Shown: in pieces, positions 47,440-61,821 of the stretch
How the letters are laid out: each line of letters opens with the position of its first letter
How positions within the stretch are numbered: the stretch's first letter is position 1
Assembly (NCBI GenBank): GCA_964016885.1
Contig: OZ024749.1
Span: 11,408,001 to 11,472,000, forward strand
Reading direction: 5' to 3'
Origin: Eledone cirrhosa
Taxonomy: Eukaryota
Length of the DNA stretch: 64,000 bases
Notes under the pieces: generated by a model
Databases searched by the model: none
Seen by the model: the letters and a program-made list of their open reading frames with translations, nothing else
What the model was told of the DNA's origin: nothing
Made by a program: the position numbers and the translations under genes

Positions 47440-50400
47440 AGTTTAGACCTGGTTGCCTTTCAATATGATGGATGGACTACGGAATTCTGGAGAGTCTGAA
47501 AAAATCTGGACACTCAGTGACAATGCCAAAGATAAAGACAAATTCACCTCATGCTGCCGGACGAGAATGCAAGGACTCCTCTTTATTTAGGCCGCGGACG
47601 GCTAACATAGCCCCATCTCCCTCACCCCTCCCTGTGCCCCGTCCTTCCCACCCACCAAACGCAATCCAAAACTTCAGAGTTGGTACCATGAATGTAAGCA
47701 CCTTAAAAGGTTGCTCTAACGAGGTTGTAGAGATGCTTGAATGTAAGGAGGTTGATGTTTGCTGTATTCAAGAGACCAGGTGGAAGGGTGGGTCTGCTAG
47801 ATTCATTGTGGGTAAAAAAACGATGTTACAAGCTTTTCTGGGTGGGGAATGACAATGGGCTGGGTGGAGTAGGAATCATGCTAGCAGAAAAATGGGTAGA
47901 TAAGATAATAGACGTAAATAGAGTGAACGACAGAATAATTAAAATAAGACTTGTCCTAAATAGAACTACTGTGACAATAATATCCGCGTACGCACCCCAA
48001 TCTGGACTGCCTGGCGTTATAAAAGACAGATTCTATGAGTTGTTAATGCTCACTACCTCCCAAATAACTGACAGTGACTATATAATTATTGCTGGCGACC
48101 TAAATGGTCACGTTGGACAACACTGTGACGGCTATGACAGAATCCATGGAGGCTATGGGTTTGGTACTAGAAATGAGGAAGGCTCCAGAATCCTGGAATT
48201 CTGTGACGCAAATAATCTAACTATCTGTTAAACAAACTTCAAAAAACGAGACAATCACTTGATCACCTATAGATTAGGGGAACACGCCAGTCAGATAGAT
48301 TATATCCTTACCAGAAGACGTGACAGAGTGTCTCTTGTAAACACTAAATCCCTCCCCCATGAAGAATGCACCTCCCAACATAGCTTCATAGTTAGCGACC
48401 TCATAGTCAGGACGAGACGTATTCGGCAACAGAGGAGGATTATCCTTAGGAGAAAAATATGGAAGTTAAAGGACCCCACAGCCTGTAATAAATTTAAAAG
48501 CATATTACTTGATGCTTTTTACAGTAAGGAAGAGCAATTAGAGTTGTACAATATAGAGGAACAGTGGGAATTCCTGAAGGCGACAGATGAAATCTGTGGC
48601 TGGAGCAGACCTATAGGCAGGAGGAGAGTAACTTGGTGGTGGAACAGTAAGGTGGAGGAGTCGATCAAGGCCAAATAGCAGGCTTGGAAAGTATGGCGGG
48701 ATGGGGGAAGTAGAGAAGACTATCAAGTGGCCAGGAGGGAAGCTAGGAGACGAATGTACTTCGCAAGAAGGGAAGCAGAGGAAAGAAAGTTCAAGCATGT
48801 TCTACAACGCGAGGACCAAAAACGTGAGGTGTTCAGGATTGTTAGACAATGTGCAAAGGAAAACCGTGATATTGTCGGGGAGAAGTGTGTCCATAATGGT
48901 GTACTTGCCATCACTGATGCTGATAAGAAGGTAGCTTGGAAGTGTCACTACGAAAGGCTACTAAATGAGGAGAATAAATGGGAGAAAGACAGTCTCCCCC
49001 ACATCGATCCAATAGAGGGACCAGCAGTGCAAGTTGAAGGTAGTATAATAAGTAAGGCAATCAAAGATATGAAGACGGGCAAGGCGGCTGGGCCTTCGCA
49101 AATAGTTGCTGAAATGCTGAAAGCATCTGGAACGGTGAGACACACTATGGTCACCCGGATAGTAATCCAAGTTATACAGAATGGGGTCATACCAAAGGAC
49201 TGGCGTAGAAGCATCATCATTAACTGCTACAAGAGTAAAGGAGATGCCCTAGATAGGGGAAACTATAGAGGCATTAAATTAATTGACCAGGTCATGAAGG
49301 TCACAGAAAAAGTAATAACGCAACTAATCAGAGAGAGAATTGATCTAGATGAAATGCAGTTCGGGTTTGTGTCAGGTAAAAGTACAACAGACGCTCTTTT
49401 CATTGCACGACAACTACAGGAGAAGTACCTAGCTAAATGTAAACCCCTCTACTTAGCTTTTGTAGACCTGGAGAAAGCTTCTGACAGATTCCCCCGCTCC
49501 ATTATCTGGTGGGCTCTTAGAAAACTAGGTGTAGATGAATGGCTTGTAGGTGTAGATGAATGGCTTGCAAGCCATGTAAAAAGAAACAGTCAGCAAGGTT
49601 AGAATTAACAACGAATATAGTGAAGAGTTTAGCGTAAAAGTTGGTGTTCATCAGGGCTCCGTCCTTAGCCCCCTACTATTTATTATTGCCCTTCAGGCTA
49701 TAACAGAGGAGTTCAAGACTGGCTGCCCATGGGAACTTCTATACACAGATGATCTAACGCTCATAGCTGAATCAATGGCTGAATTAGAGAAGAAATTCCA
49801 AACATGGAAGCATGGCCTAGAATCAAAAGGCCTTAAAGTTAACTTGTCTAAGACTAAAGTCCTAATATGTAGGAAGGAGAATAGGGCACTGGTCCCATCT
49901 GGGAAATGGCCATACTCAGTGTGTAGGAAAGGAGTAGGCAGAAACTCCATTTTGAGTCCCAAATACAAAGTATGGGTGCATACAAGATGTAGTGGGATCA
50001 CAGGTAAGCTAACTAAGAATATAGATTTTATATGTGGCCGGTGCTCTGGTGCAATAAGTAGCAATAAGTGCCCACAGAATACTAGCTCATTCCATTGCAC
50101 AGATGGTTCTATAGAAATAGTGGACACCTTCTGTTACCTGGGTGACAAAATCAGCAGGAGTGGAGGGTGCTCTGAAAGTACTGTAGCTCGAGTCCGAACG
50201 GGATGGAAAAGTTCAGAGAGCTTATACCACTATTGGCCGCTAAAGGTTTCTCTCTAAAAATAAAAGGCAGGCTGTATGATGCTTGTATACGAACAGCGAT
50301 GTTACAGGGCAGTGAGACATGGGCCTTGTGTGCAGAGGATCTACGCAGACTGGAGAGGAACGAAGCTTGCATGCTCCGCTGGATGTGTAATAGTAATATA

Positions 50401-51078
50401 CGCGAACGGCAAAGCATAAATGAACTAAGTGAGAAATTAGGAATAAGAGGGATCAGATGCTGTTTACTCGAGAGAAGACTACGTTGGTATGGTCACGTGA
50501 TGCGCATAAAAGATGACAGCTGTATAAAAAAAGTGCAGGGCGATCAAAATAGACGGTAGCTACGGAGTTGGCAGACCCAGAAAAACCTGTGGGGGGGAGG
50601 GGGACTTGATAAAATCCGATCTCACACACTTACACCTCTCCAAGACAATGTCACTGGACAGATCTTTGGCGCTACGTAGTAATACAGAAGACCCGCCTTG
50701 CCTAAGTACAAAGCAAAACCTACAGTCAGTAGGCACCTCTTAACCAAAATACACCCCCGTCCCACTACCTCCACCCCCACCTACACCAACTCTTTCTCTG
50801 TAAAGTTATGTTGGTACCACAACATCCAGTCCTAAACAAATGAGGTTGTGTAGGTGTCACAACAAAAAAACACACTGTCCACGCTGTAATGTGGTCATGT
50901 AGGTAACACGGTAAAAACTTCCCAGTCCACACTGTAATCGTGGTTGGTGTTAGGAAGGGCATCCAGCCGTAGAAAACCCGCCAGACAGTCCTGAGCAAGA
51001 CAACCAATCTTGCCTCAAGTGGGACAGTTCCCATCCAGACCCATGCTAGCGTGGAAGATGGACGTTAAACGATGATGA
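47440..51078 (+). mobile_element. Near full-length RTE-clade LINE with few disablements (intronic in gene B)
   Basis: Continuous APE-RT-PHD-like-C-terminal ORF pieces from 47472 to 50559, with stops at 48229 and 48676 and frameshifts. (TGA)n tail. Confidence 0.92.
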
Positions 51079-51494
51079 TATATATATAACGAAGGAGGTG
51101 TGGTAAGGAACCAGATGGACCATAACGCACCAGATCAGAGTACTCAATACTTAGGGTAGTAGAGTGGGTAATAGGAGAAAGTATGACCCCGACGGCAGAG
51201 CTCAAGCCGTTTCGACGGCTATTTCTGAACTAAAGTCATATATATATATACATACACAGAGAAAGATCATAAGAATAGAGGAGAAAAAACTATGATATAA
51301 TATATTAGATGCCTAAAGCCAACCACTGCAGCTTATAATTGATGGCTTAATTTACGACTGTATGCCTTGGTCAGCAGTACATTACCTAACATGTACTCTA
51401 TTAATATCACTTAATTTTGACAGGCCATAATTTAATTTAAAAATACACGACAGTTATCTCCCTTAGGATAATTATGCCGAGGTTAACTTTGCCA

Positions 51495-51807
51495 TGGGCA
51501 GCCAGTCTTAAACTTCTGTTATGGCTTGGAGGACTATAATGAACAAGAGCGGGCTGAGGACCGAACCCTGATGTACTCCTACTTGTATCTGGAATTCCTC
51601 ACTAAACTCCATTCTTACTCTCACTTTACTGACAGCACCTCTGCACATAGCTTGCACTGTCCTCACAAGCCATTCCTCTATACCTAGTTTCCTTAGGGAC
51701 CACCAGATGACAGATCGGGGTACCTTATCAAAGGCCTTCCATAGGTCAACAGAAACTAAGTATAGTAGCTTATTCTTCTCTAAGAACCTCTCTTGTAGTT
51801 GTCTCAC
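51495..51807 (-). mobile_element. RTE RT fragment, near-identical to ~14375-14695
   Basis: RQLQERFLEK...VHQGSVLSPLLFIIVLQAITE. Confidence 0.85.
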
Positions 51808-52332
51808 TTAATAGAGGAGGTGGTGAAGTTTGCAGTTGTTGGTGGTGGTGTTGGCAACACCATGGCAGAAGGGAATATTGGTGATTGTAGGAAGATGACG
51901 AGGGAATCACATCGGCTTAAATACTGCCGGAAGACGATGATCTGATGTTGTCGTTGCTGCTGCTGCTGATAGTGTTATTATTATTGCTGCTGCTACTGGT
52001 GGTGTTGTTATTGCTGTTGTTGTTGTTGCTTTGGATAACATGGGACGTGTTCAGGCCTTAAGTAGAGGGGCCTGTTCAAAAAATATATTGCAGTCTCCAT
52101 TTTCATGCAACAAAAACTGGCAATGGGCCTGCAACCTATCCTGGGAGGTGTGTAATGGACACACAAAGATTGCAAATCCTGAGACCTCAAAGAGAGTCTG
52201 GAAGGGAGCTAACCATGACACTTGGAAGTTCATGTTTAAAAACCTAAATTAATTTTTGAAGAATAAAATATTGTTATTGGAAGTTAGCTGCTTTATATTT
52301 TAATAATATAATTCTTTTCTTCTTCATTTAAG

Positions 52333-52518
52333 GATTATGATGGTTGTTCAAAAATTCTCATATTTTATCATGATGAATTTGATCCGTATCCATACTTTTC
52401 CTGGGATGACATCACAGTTGGGAAGTTTATTTGTATCTTACAACCACAACTTCACTATTTCCTGGATGGACAAATTGGCTTCAGAATTAATTCTTTAAGG
52501 GACGTTCGAATTTTGTAA
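52333..52518 (+). CDS. Gene B terminal exon
   Basis: Same acceptor context as 10214. DYDGCSKILIFYHDEFDPYPYFSWDDITVGKFICILQPQLHYFLDGQIGFRINSLRDVRIL*. Not in the ORF track. Confidence 0.85.
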   Translation, partial: DYDGCSKILIFYHDEFDPYPYFSWDDITVGKFICILQPQLHYFLDGQIGFRINSLRDVRIL

Positions 52519-54863
52519 AATTTTAGGAAAATAGGTATATTCTTATCAAGAATTGATTTTTAAACTTGTTTTTATGAAGAATTAACACATTTATTAAAAG
52601 GAAAATATAACACTATCCGTTCAGCTGTCTCATATTTTCATCTAATTCAGCTGTACTATATTTAACAAAAATATATATCCAAGTCACTAGAAGTATATAA
52701 ATGTAAAAATCATGTAAGAAGTGTTTAAAGACCTTTCTCAAACCCTTATACGATGATAGCAATAAAAACAACATTGTCATGCTTAACACTTTTTTACCAT
52801 ATTTTTAATGAAAGACACTGCCTATCATTTTCAATTAATTTAGAAAATTATGAAACATTTCGAGGGATTTAGTTATATAACTAACTCTCTCATTATTAAG
52901 GTAGAGTCAAGATAAAATCACGATGGAATATTTTTTATATATATATAAACATTTAGAAATAAACAGGGATAGTTTCATACCATTAAGGGTTAAATATCAT
53001 TGCCTTTAAATGGAGGTGTTGTCTACCACTTGAGAAATACTGGCAATACTGTACAATAAATATATTTTTATATCAATACTACATCATTGTTTATTATAAG
53101 TGCAACATTTGCAGCACATATATAACAAATACAAGTTTCTCAACCCACTTTCATTTCTCCTCACAAGAAAAAGTGTGTTCCCCCCCCTCGCATGATTAAA
53201 CAAAGTTTATATATCATAGTATTTATGTGTACTGGATCTTCGTCTCTTGTAACTCCAAGTATTCCAGTTTCTTGAACGATGAAAACAATCTGCTTGTGAA
53301 ATTAAAGTATACGTATAACATAGTTCTCAGGGAGATTCAGCATGGCACAGAATGTGACAAGGCTGGCTCTTTGAATTACAGATGCAACTCATTTTTTCCA
53401 ATTGAGTGGACTGGAGTAACGCGAAATAAAGTGTTTTGCTCAAGGACACAGCACACTGCTGGCAATTGAACTCATGACCATATGTTTGTGAGCCAAATAC
53501 TCTAACCACTAAGCTATGTGCCTGTACATCATAGTCTATAGCGTAGTATATAGACCCCATTCACTAATTTGAGAAACATTGTTTCATACACTTTGAATTA
53601 TGTGCAAGACCAAATATATTTTAGACATCACGAAGATAACTATTGACCAGCTAAGAAGAATGACAGTTGAGTTCTCAAATAACCAATAATGCACCCAGAA
53701 CACTCTGTAAAGTGGTTGATGTTAGGAAGGGCACCCAACAATAGAAAACTTGGCAAAAAAAGGGTTAGGATGCTTCAGTTGTGTCAAGAACATGATAACC
53801 CCCTCTAATATTGATCTACATACTGTTAATTGGTTGGTCATATGAAAGGTATTCAACCATAGAAAGCTAGCCAAAGAAATGGTTAGGAGTACCCTACAGT
53901 TGTGTAAAAGATGTGACAACCTCTTTATTGCTGGTGCCATGATAAAAGACACTTGGTATAATATGGAACTGTATGTAAGCGAGGCGTGGACCCTCAGTCT
54001 GTCTTGGAGGTGAGTATATCTGCATCTCTCTGTGAAGACTTGTCCAATTCTTGCTAGCAGATGTTAACTGATGATGATTTTGAAGTAGATTTAAAAAAAA
54101 GAAAAGAAGTATGGTAACTGAAGAAAAGCAATTCATTAAAGGTTTGTTACAAATTATACACCCTTGTTTTGAACTAGCTGGCCAGTAGAGCAATGAGCTC
54201 TGTAATTGATGATGCTCACTGCTGACATTAATTCAGAGCCTTATTCAATAGGTTGAGAGGTCAGATCCTGCTTAACTCTACTCCAAGATTTTTCTGCTGT
54301 CAAATCTTAATTCAGCACACCTTGTTAATCAAATTTACTAACCTGAGAGAGATTAAATTATGATTTTATTTAACTCTTTTGCTGGTAAACCATATGAAAC
54401 AACCTCTGGTTCTATGATACAAAGTTGTTTATTTTAAAATGTCTATATTTATCATCTAAAGACCTTTTATCATAATTTAAAGTAATAACCCTTGTTATGT
54501 TTAAAACATGGACCTAAAAATTGTTTCAATTTTAAGCAAAAGGCCAATCATTTTGAGGGACGGGAAAGTCAATAACATCAACCCCCCCAATACTTTACTG
54601 GTACTTTATTTTTTTTACCCCAGAAGGATGAAAGGCAAAGTTGCGTTTGGTCTAACACTAACAGTTCTGCCAGTCCACAATCCACCACCCTCAAGCAAAA
54701 AAAAGTGATAATAATAATAAAGTTCATTGGAACTAGTCTTGATTAATGGTTTGATCCTGAGCGTTTGTACAAATGAATGGTTTGATCCTGAGAGTTTGTA
54801 CAAATTTGTACACATAAAACATTCCCATCGATTACAGCTGCTGTATCTTCACATTGAGAGTCC

Positions 54864-55252
54864 ATTTAGTTGACATATAACGCTAATGTATCGGGAGTAG
54901 TTGACATATAACACTAATGTGTTGGGAGTATTTAGTTGACATATAACAATAATGTATTGGGAGTATTTAGTTGGCATATAACATTAATGTATTGGGAGTA
55001 TTTAGTTGACATATAACACTAATGTGTTGAGAGTATTTAGTTGACATATAACACTAATGTATCGGGAGTATTTAGCTGACATATAACACTAATGTGTTGG
55101 GAGTATTTAGCTGTTATATAACACTAATGTGTTGGAGTATTTAGCTGTCATATAACACTAATGTATTAGTATATAGCTGACGTATTTAGTTGACATATAA
55201 CACTATCACTAATGTATTGTGAGTATTTATCTGACATATAACATTAATGTAT
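54864..55252. repeat. ~35-bp minisatellite, ~11 units
   Basis: TTTAGTTGACATATAACACTAATGT(A/G)TTGGGAGTA. Confidence 0.9.
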
Positions 55253-56009
55253 CTTATTTGACAGCAGGAGTTGTGCCAACACAGATTTATGTGAAGACAC
55301 CCTCCCAAAACAAGGCAACTGTTTTTAGGGGAGACAACTTTACTCATGCAAGGGAAATAACTTGTATTTTTAGATTTTTGTTACTACGTTAATGTTTCTG
55401 TATTGATAGAAAACGTAAAATATGTAAGGAAAGAAGCAAAGATTTTCAGCACGATAGAGCTGATGATGATGATATATACGATATATATGTGTGTGTACAA
55501 AGTAAACAGAAATAAAGCAAATGTCACAGTACAATGACGAAATATATTAGTTTAACACTTGAAATAATAGGAAAAGAGTCATAACATTTCAGACACTAGT
55601 CCTTCATCAGAAGGTAAAAAGAGAAATAAAAGATAGTGAGAAGACAAAGGAAGGGAAAAAAAATTCAAAAATACACATGGGTATTCAGTCAGCCATTTTG
55701 GAGAGATGTTGGTCATGGGTATCTTAGGAATTAGAGAAGTTTAGAAAGGGATGTAATCATTGTATACTCGCAATTTTTTCAGAAAGATATATTCTTTTAA
55801 TGTTACAATATTAAAGAAAATGTAAAGGAAGGGGTGAACAACCGAGCCAACACCAGAGCAAAAGACAGCAACGTCACGAGTATACTTAGGGTGGACATTT
55901 GTATGCATACATGCGAATGTGTGTAGGCGTGTTCATTGGTTTGAAGGACGGGCGTTGGACCATGACAGGTTGCTTTACCTGTTTTCGTATTTTTAATAGC
56001 TTTAATTAG

Positions 56010-56950
56010 CAGCAGTGTAGTAAGTAAGGCAATTAAGGATAATATGATGGGAAAAGTCACTGGACCATGAGGGATAGTTGCTGAGATGTTGAAAGCATCT
56101 GGGATGGTGGGTCAAACCTTAACCACACATATTCTAAACTAAGTAATTCAGAATGGTGTCAAACCCAATGACTGGCATAGCAGCAGTATCATCAACTGAT
56201 GCAAGAGCAAAGTTGATGGACCAAATCATGAAGGTCACAGAAAGAGTTTCAGCACAGCTAATTAGGGACCAAATTAACCTAGATGTTATGCAGTTTGCAT
56301 ATGTGCCAGGTAAATGTACCCCTGACGCCCTCATCCTTGTGAGGCAACTGCAGGAGAAGTACCTAACTAAAAGTAAGCCACTCTACTAGAGCTCACAGGA
56401 AACAAGCTCCTTTAAAGGCTTAGAGGGCTTTATAGAAGTAGTTGATATCTTCTGTTATCTGGGTGATAAAATCAGCAGTAGAAGTGAGTGTTCTGAAAGT
56501 ACAGTTACAAGAGAAGTTCCGGGTGCTACTACTGCTGCTCGAAACAAATGATATGATGATTGTGTAAGAACAGCAATGCTGCTTGGTAGTGAGACCTGGG
56601 CACTGTGTGCAGAAAACCTATGAAGATTGGAAAGAAATTAACTTTGCATGCTTTGATGGATGTGTAATAGTGTGCATGAATGATGGAGCACAACGAACTG
56701 AGAAAAACTAGGTATAAGAGGGGTCAGAAATAATAATGTGTAGGAGAGGAGATTGTGGTGGTATGACATGTGATGCATAGGGAGGATGACAGCTATATAT
56801 AAACAAATGCAACATTGACAGAAACTGTGGAAAAGGAATACCGAGGAAAGCATTTGATTTAATTAGTCGACCATGCCTAACTAAATCTGACAAAGGAGAT
56901 GACACGCAATCGAGATCCCAGGTGTGAAGCTGTGGAAGACATGCCTTCCC
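56010..56950 (+). mobile_element. Degenerate, internally deleted RTE LINE
   Basis: KLMDQIMKVTERVSAQLIRD...RQLQEKYL and GSETWALCAE. Confidence 0.8.
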
Positions 56951-57334
56951 ATGTGCACAGAATAAAACAAACATGTAGAGTACATTAGTCTGCACCAATT
57001 GTCTCTTTATCCCTCCACATTCACACTCCCCAGTTGTATTACTCCGCCCTTACCAGCTAAATATCCATGTCCCTCATGCTCTACATCTGATCTCCCACAA
57101 TGCCGTTGCCATAACAAAATGAACAAGATGAGACTCACCTGAGCTGACTTGTCTCATAATGAGACAGCACGTCTAACTCATGCCAGCATGGAAAAATAGA
57201 GGTTAAATAGTGATGATGATGATACACACACACACACATATATATAATACATCTGTACAATGACATAAGAAAATTGGAAAGTAAGTAAAAGAACTTACAT
57301 AAAGATGGTAAAATACTGATTCCTAGATTCTATA

Positions 57335-57690
57335 CAGCTGCAATACAGAATACCCGACCCTCCCACGGGTACAAGCCGAAGCTGAAGCATATAGACAATA
57401 TGACCCCACACCCTCCTACTGCAAACTGGTCGTGGAGGTGTCACAGCAAAAAAGCACCCAGCCCACACTGTAAAGTGGACATGTAGGCACCACGGAAAAA
57501 AAGCACCCAGCACTCACTGTAAATGAGGTTGGTGTTAGGAAGGGCATCCAGCTGTAGAAATCAAGCCAAAATCAGTTCCCGTATGAGCAAGGCATGGTCA
57601 GCCGACCGGACACTGCCCACAACAGGACAACCCGTCTAACCCATGCTAGCGTGGAAGAACAGACGTAAAACGGTGATGATGATGATGATG
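57335..57690 (+). mobile_element. Non-autonomous RTE-tail element (unexpanded relative of 16950-17935)
   Basis: Reverse-complement homology with only ~2 units of the 50-bp repeat. (TGA)n tail. Confidence 0.8.
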
Positions 57691-57719
57691 TTTTAGGGAA
57701 ATAATGCCATAATGAAATA

Positions 57720-58560
57720 ATAGGCACCAAAAGACATCCAACCCCTCTTCAGTAGAATTTGTCTTACTAAACATGAGGCCACCTGCGAGACATGGAACAG
57801 GCTTGGACTCCTTCCAGAGTATTTGGGATGTCATCCAGTGCAACCTGGCTTCAGACATGCTAGCGCGCCAGCTCGACCAGCATTGCTTCGCATGGTCCTG
57901 CATCCCTACAGCGGTGTCTAGATATATCCCTTACACTTCTTTTCAACCGGCGCGCAGCTGTACAATGATAGCCTGCGCATCTGGGTTTCCCTGAGGATCA
58001 AATCACACAAATGTTGTTGTGGATCCACAGTAGACTTTTTCGGCCTCCACCCGTTTTCCTGTTGCTACAATGCCGGCCATCTTCCACGCCATGCTGTTCT
58101 CAACGAGGTCGTAAAGTATGGCTTGGATGCAGCAGGCTTCTCCTCCCGGCTCGAGCTGGTGGGGCTGGATTGACGGAATGGCAAAAGGCCAGATGGCATG
58201 ACCATCTTCCCGTTCCACAGTGGTAAACCCCTCATCTGGAATGCCACATGCAGTGATTCATTCTCTAGCGGTAACCTGGTGCAGTCTGCGACTAACCCAG
58301 ACTCTGCTGCTGTTGAGGCTGAGGCGGGTAAATTCTCCAAGTATTGGTCGGTCTCCAACTGGTTTGCAGGTTACCACCATAGGTGCTGAGCTGACAAGCC
58401 GCAGGTGTGAGCCTCACGAGATGGAATGGCTCTTCCAGCTCACCATACTTCGGGTAGACACCTTCTCTATTCTGTCCGCTGGCGCCGTGGGGAAGCTAGC
58501 GCATGGGACCACGTTTGCTCATAATAGTGGGAGATGGGGAGGGCAAGAGAGATGAAGGCA
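57720..58560 (+). mobile_element. CRE-like (restriction-like endonuclease) non-LTR retrotransposon 3' fragment
   Basis: CCGSTVDFFGLHPFSC...RHAVLNE zinc knuckle, then GKRPDGMTIFPF..GKPLIWNATCSD...AAVEAEAGKFSKY (PD-(D/E)xK-type domain). Confidence 0.75.
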
Positions 58561-58759
58561 GTGACAGTGGGAGTTCAGCTCCTCTGTGTTCAGACCTGGT
58601 GTACGTGTGTGTGTGTGTTTACTTCTATTCATTCGGCATGACAGTATCTGAGCTCGCTACTTTCTAATACGTGTACCTTTATCGTTTTTAAACAAAATAA
58701 AAAAATAAAAAATAAAAATAAAAAGAATTAACACAACTGAAATAAATAGATACTCTTAA

Positions 58760-59715
58760 AAAGACTGAACACACAAGGTGAAACCACTAGGTGTTGCAGT
58801 TGGGATTTTTACATATCTCTCTCTCTGTCTCTGGGGCACTGCCTTTGTTGCTACACATTCTATCTCCAGCCTGTGTTCGTTGGCCATTGGTGCAAGAGGG
58901 AGTTTGCTGCTGCTGTCCTTAGGTTTCCCTCGTGCCTTGCTGTGGGCTCATCCGGGATCCTGGATAGCAGGGTGTTGAGATGTTTCTTGAAAACATCCAC
59001 CTGCACACCATGCAGATCTCTCAAATCCCTCGGCAGCTTGTTGAAGAGTTGAGGGCCTTTGGATCCCAGGCTATTGCAATATCTGCTCCTTATTCTAGAT
59101 GTGAAATACGGGACCTTTGGCAACACACATTGACGTCCTGTTTGGGGGTTGGTCCAAAGTTTGGTGCTAGTCCTTCCAGGATTTTCCACTTGTAGATCAC
59201 TGTGTACCTCTCCCGTCTTCGTTCCAAGGAGTAGAGATTCAGTTCTTTTAGCCTCTCTCAGTAGCTTATCTCCTTCATCGTGGCAATCCTCTTGGTGTAG
59301 CTTCGTTGGATTGCCTCAAGCTCCATAGTTAGTTTGACACTATGGGGTGACCACAGCTGGAAGCAATAGTCCAGGCGGCTTAGGGCAAATGTCCTCCATA
59401 GTATCAACATGGTTTCTCGGTCTCTTTTCCGGAAAGTCCTCAAGATCCAGCTAGTGAGTCGTCTGCACATTATCGCCACTTTCATGATGTGTGAGAAAAA
59501 AGATGCATCGTCTCTCATGTCTATTTCCAGGTCTCGTATCGATTTCGACACAGGAATTTCGATCCCCCCTAGTCCAGTGTAGTTGTGTTGTACTGTATTT
59601 GTGTTTACAAGTTGGTATTGTAGGGTTTTAAATTTTCCAACATTAAACTGCATGTTGTTCTCAGCCTATTTGTATATGGCATCCAGACTTTGTTGTAAAA
59701 GGGCAGCATCAGCAA
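58760..59715 (-). mobile_element. CR1/L2-like LINE 3' fragment
   Basis: MQFNVGK, WILRTFRKRD, SRLDYCFQLWSPH, LEAIQR and GPQLFNKLP. Confidence 0.85.
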
Positions 59716-59716
59716 A

Positions 59717-59777
59717 ATACACCTGATGATGTCACCAGGATCTTATGGAACTTGGCCACTGAAATGTACATAGTGTT
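59717..59777 (+). ncRNA. Degenerate type-I hammerhead motif
   Basis: ACAC CTGATGA ... GAAA TGTACA TA GTGT. Stem II is poorly paired. Confidence 0.5.
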
Positions 59778-61124
59778 TGCGGAAATAAATCTTTGAAAGA
59801 ATGTCACCAGTCCAACTTCCTGTCATTTTACTCAATAATATATGTATATATACTAGCTGAATTACCTGGCGTTGCCCAGGTTATGGCTGTTCTTATTCAG
59901 ATTAGTAAACAATGAATATGAAGATGTTTTTTTTTCTCATAATTATTTCAAAATATCTATATTTTATAAAAAAAAATATCAAAATTGTAATGATAATAGA
60001 ATTTAGAAATGAAAATCTGTCAATCTTGAACCACCTTAGGGTAAACAATATTCATTGTGTAATTTTTTGTTGGTGTCCAAATGAATAAATTGTTGCTATA
60101 CACTCACACACATACATTCTCACATACATATACTGAGACAAACACACACAGACATACATTCACGCAGACACACGCATAGCTTTTCACCTCATTTTCTTTT
60201 GTCAGTCGCCACATATGTATATATATGTGTAGATGTGTGTGTGTGTGTATTTAATAACATACTTAATGAACGCCCACACACACACACACACACTCAAACA
60301 CATACATATTCATATACAAAAGGTGACGCCGTTGTTGTTTTCATCCAAACGAAAATGAAACTTATCACACATACACTCACACACACATACACTCTCACAT
60401 ACATACTCTCATATACACATACACATACTAAGACAGACACACACAAACATACATTCACGCACACCTATTACTTGTCTGTCAACACATATGTATCTGTATG
60501 TGTAGATGTGTGTGTGTGTTTAATTGTCTGTGTGTGAAGTTAATATGTATGCAACTTACTAAGGCTATATGTATTCTCTGAAGCCTAACGTATGTAACGA
60601 ACTTGCAAATACACACTCATATACAAAATGTGACGTTGTCGTCGTGGTTTACTATAGTTGACTATTGACTACAGAAAGATTATTTTAGATAAAATGTTAT
60701 ATTGCTTTAATCCAAATAAAAATAAAAATTACATGTTGACACTCCTGGGGTCTAATACTTGTAAAATTTGATTTGATTTGGGTGAGCCATTTGAAAAGGC
60801 ATAGGAACAGATTGACAGACAGAGAGACAAGATATAAAACTCATGGTATATAGTTATGTAATAAACAACATAAGATAATTAATTCATTTACCAATGGTTT
60901 CTTGAAGACAGACGAGATTGACTATGTTAAGCTCATCTGTCTTCAAGAAACCATTGGTAAATGAATTAATTATCTTATGTTGTTTATTACATAACTAAAA
61001 AGCTCTGTAGCCTACATAGAGCACTCTTTTAATTTACCTTTCCTACGGAAGTACTTCATTTATATATATATATATATATATCAATGATATTAATAAATGG
61101 AAACTATATTTATAAAACCATATT

Positions 61125-61190
61125 TATTTTATTATACATATTTCAAGGGCAACCAAGGCAAATTATGGTGCGCTTTCATCAGATAAAATA
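61125..61190 (-). ncRNA. Type-I hammerhead motif
   Basis: TATTTTAT CTGATGA AAGCGCACC...GGTTGCCCTT GAAA TATGTA TA ATAAAATA on the minus strand. Confidence 0.7.
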
Positions 61191-61330
61191 CAGATTTGTT
61201 TTATAAATATTGACATACCCGGAAAAAAAGACAACCTTAACGGTTGGAGCTTCCTGGATAGTTGAGTGCTTTATATCAGTTCTAAAAAATTTTTAAGCTT
61301 GTTGAATCCCAACAAATTAAATATAACCTC

Positions 61331-61371
<41 letters not shown>

Positions 61372-61500
61372 GGAAAGTTATATTTAAATTGTTGGGTTAC
61401 AACTAGTAAATATTTATAACTGATATAAAAGCACTCGACAAGTATTTGGAGTATATTTACGATATTAAATAAATGGAAACTATATTTATAAAACTATATT

Positions 61501-61566
61501 TATTTCATTATATATATTTCAGGGATATCATATTAACAATATGCTATGCCTTCCTCAGACAAAATA
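61501..61566 (-). ncRNA. Type-I hammerhead motif (inverted partner of 61716-61781)
   Basis: TATTTTGT CTGAGGA AGGCATAGCATATTGTTAATATGATATCCCT GAAA TATATA TA ATGAAATA. Confidence 0.65.
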
Positions 61567-61715
61567 CAATATAAACAGTTTTATAGATAAATAAAACTCA
61601 TGGTATATAGTTATGTAATAAACAACATAAGATAATTAATTCATTTACCAATGGTTTCTTGAAGACAGACGAGATTGACTATGTTAAGCTCATATCTATA
61701 AAACTGTTTATATTG

Positions 61716-61781
61716 TATTTTGTCTGAGGAAGGCATAGCATATTGTTAATATGATATCCCTGAAATATATATAATGAAATA
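61716..61781 (+). ncRNA. Type-I hammerhead motif
   Basis: Same motif as 61501-61566, on the + strand. Confidence 0.65.
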
Positions 61782-61821
61782 AATATGGTTTTATAAATAT
61801 AGTTTCCATTTATTTAATATC

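Noticed and set aside
51950-52030. Poly-Gln ORF from (TGC/TGT)n
   Set aside because: Trinucleotide microsatellite in an intron.
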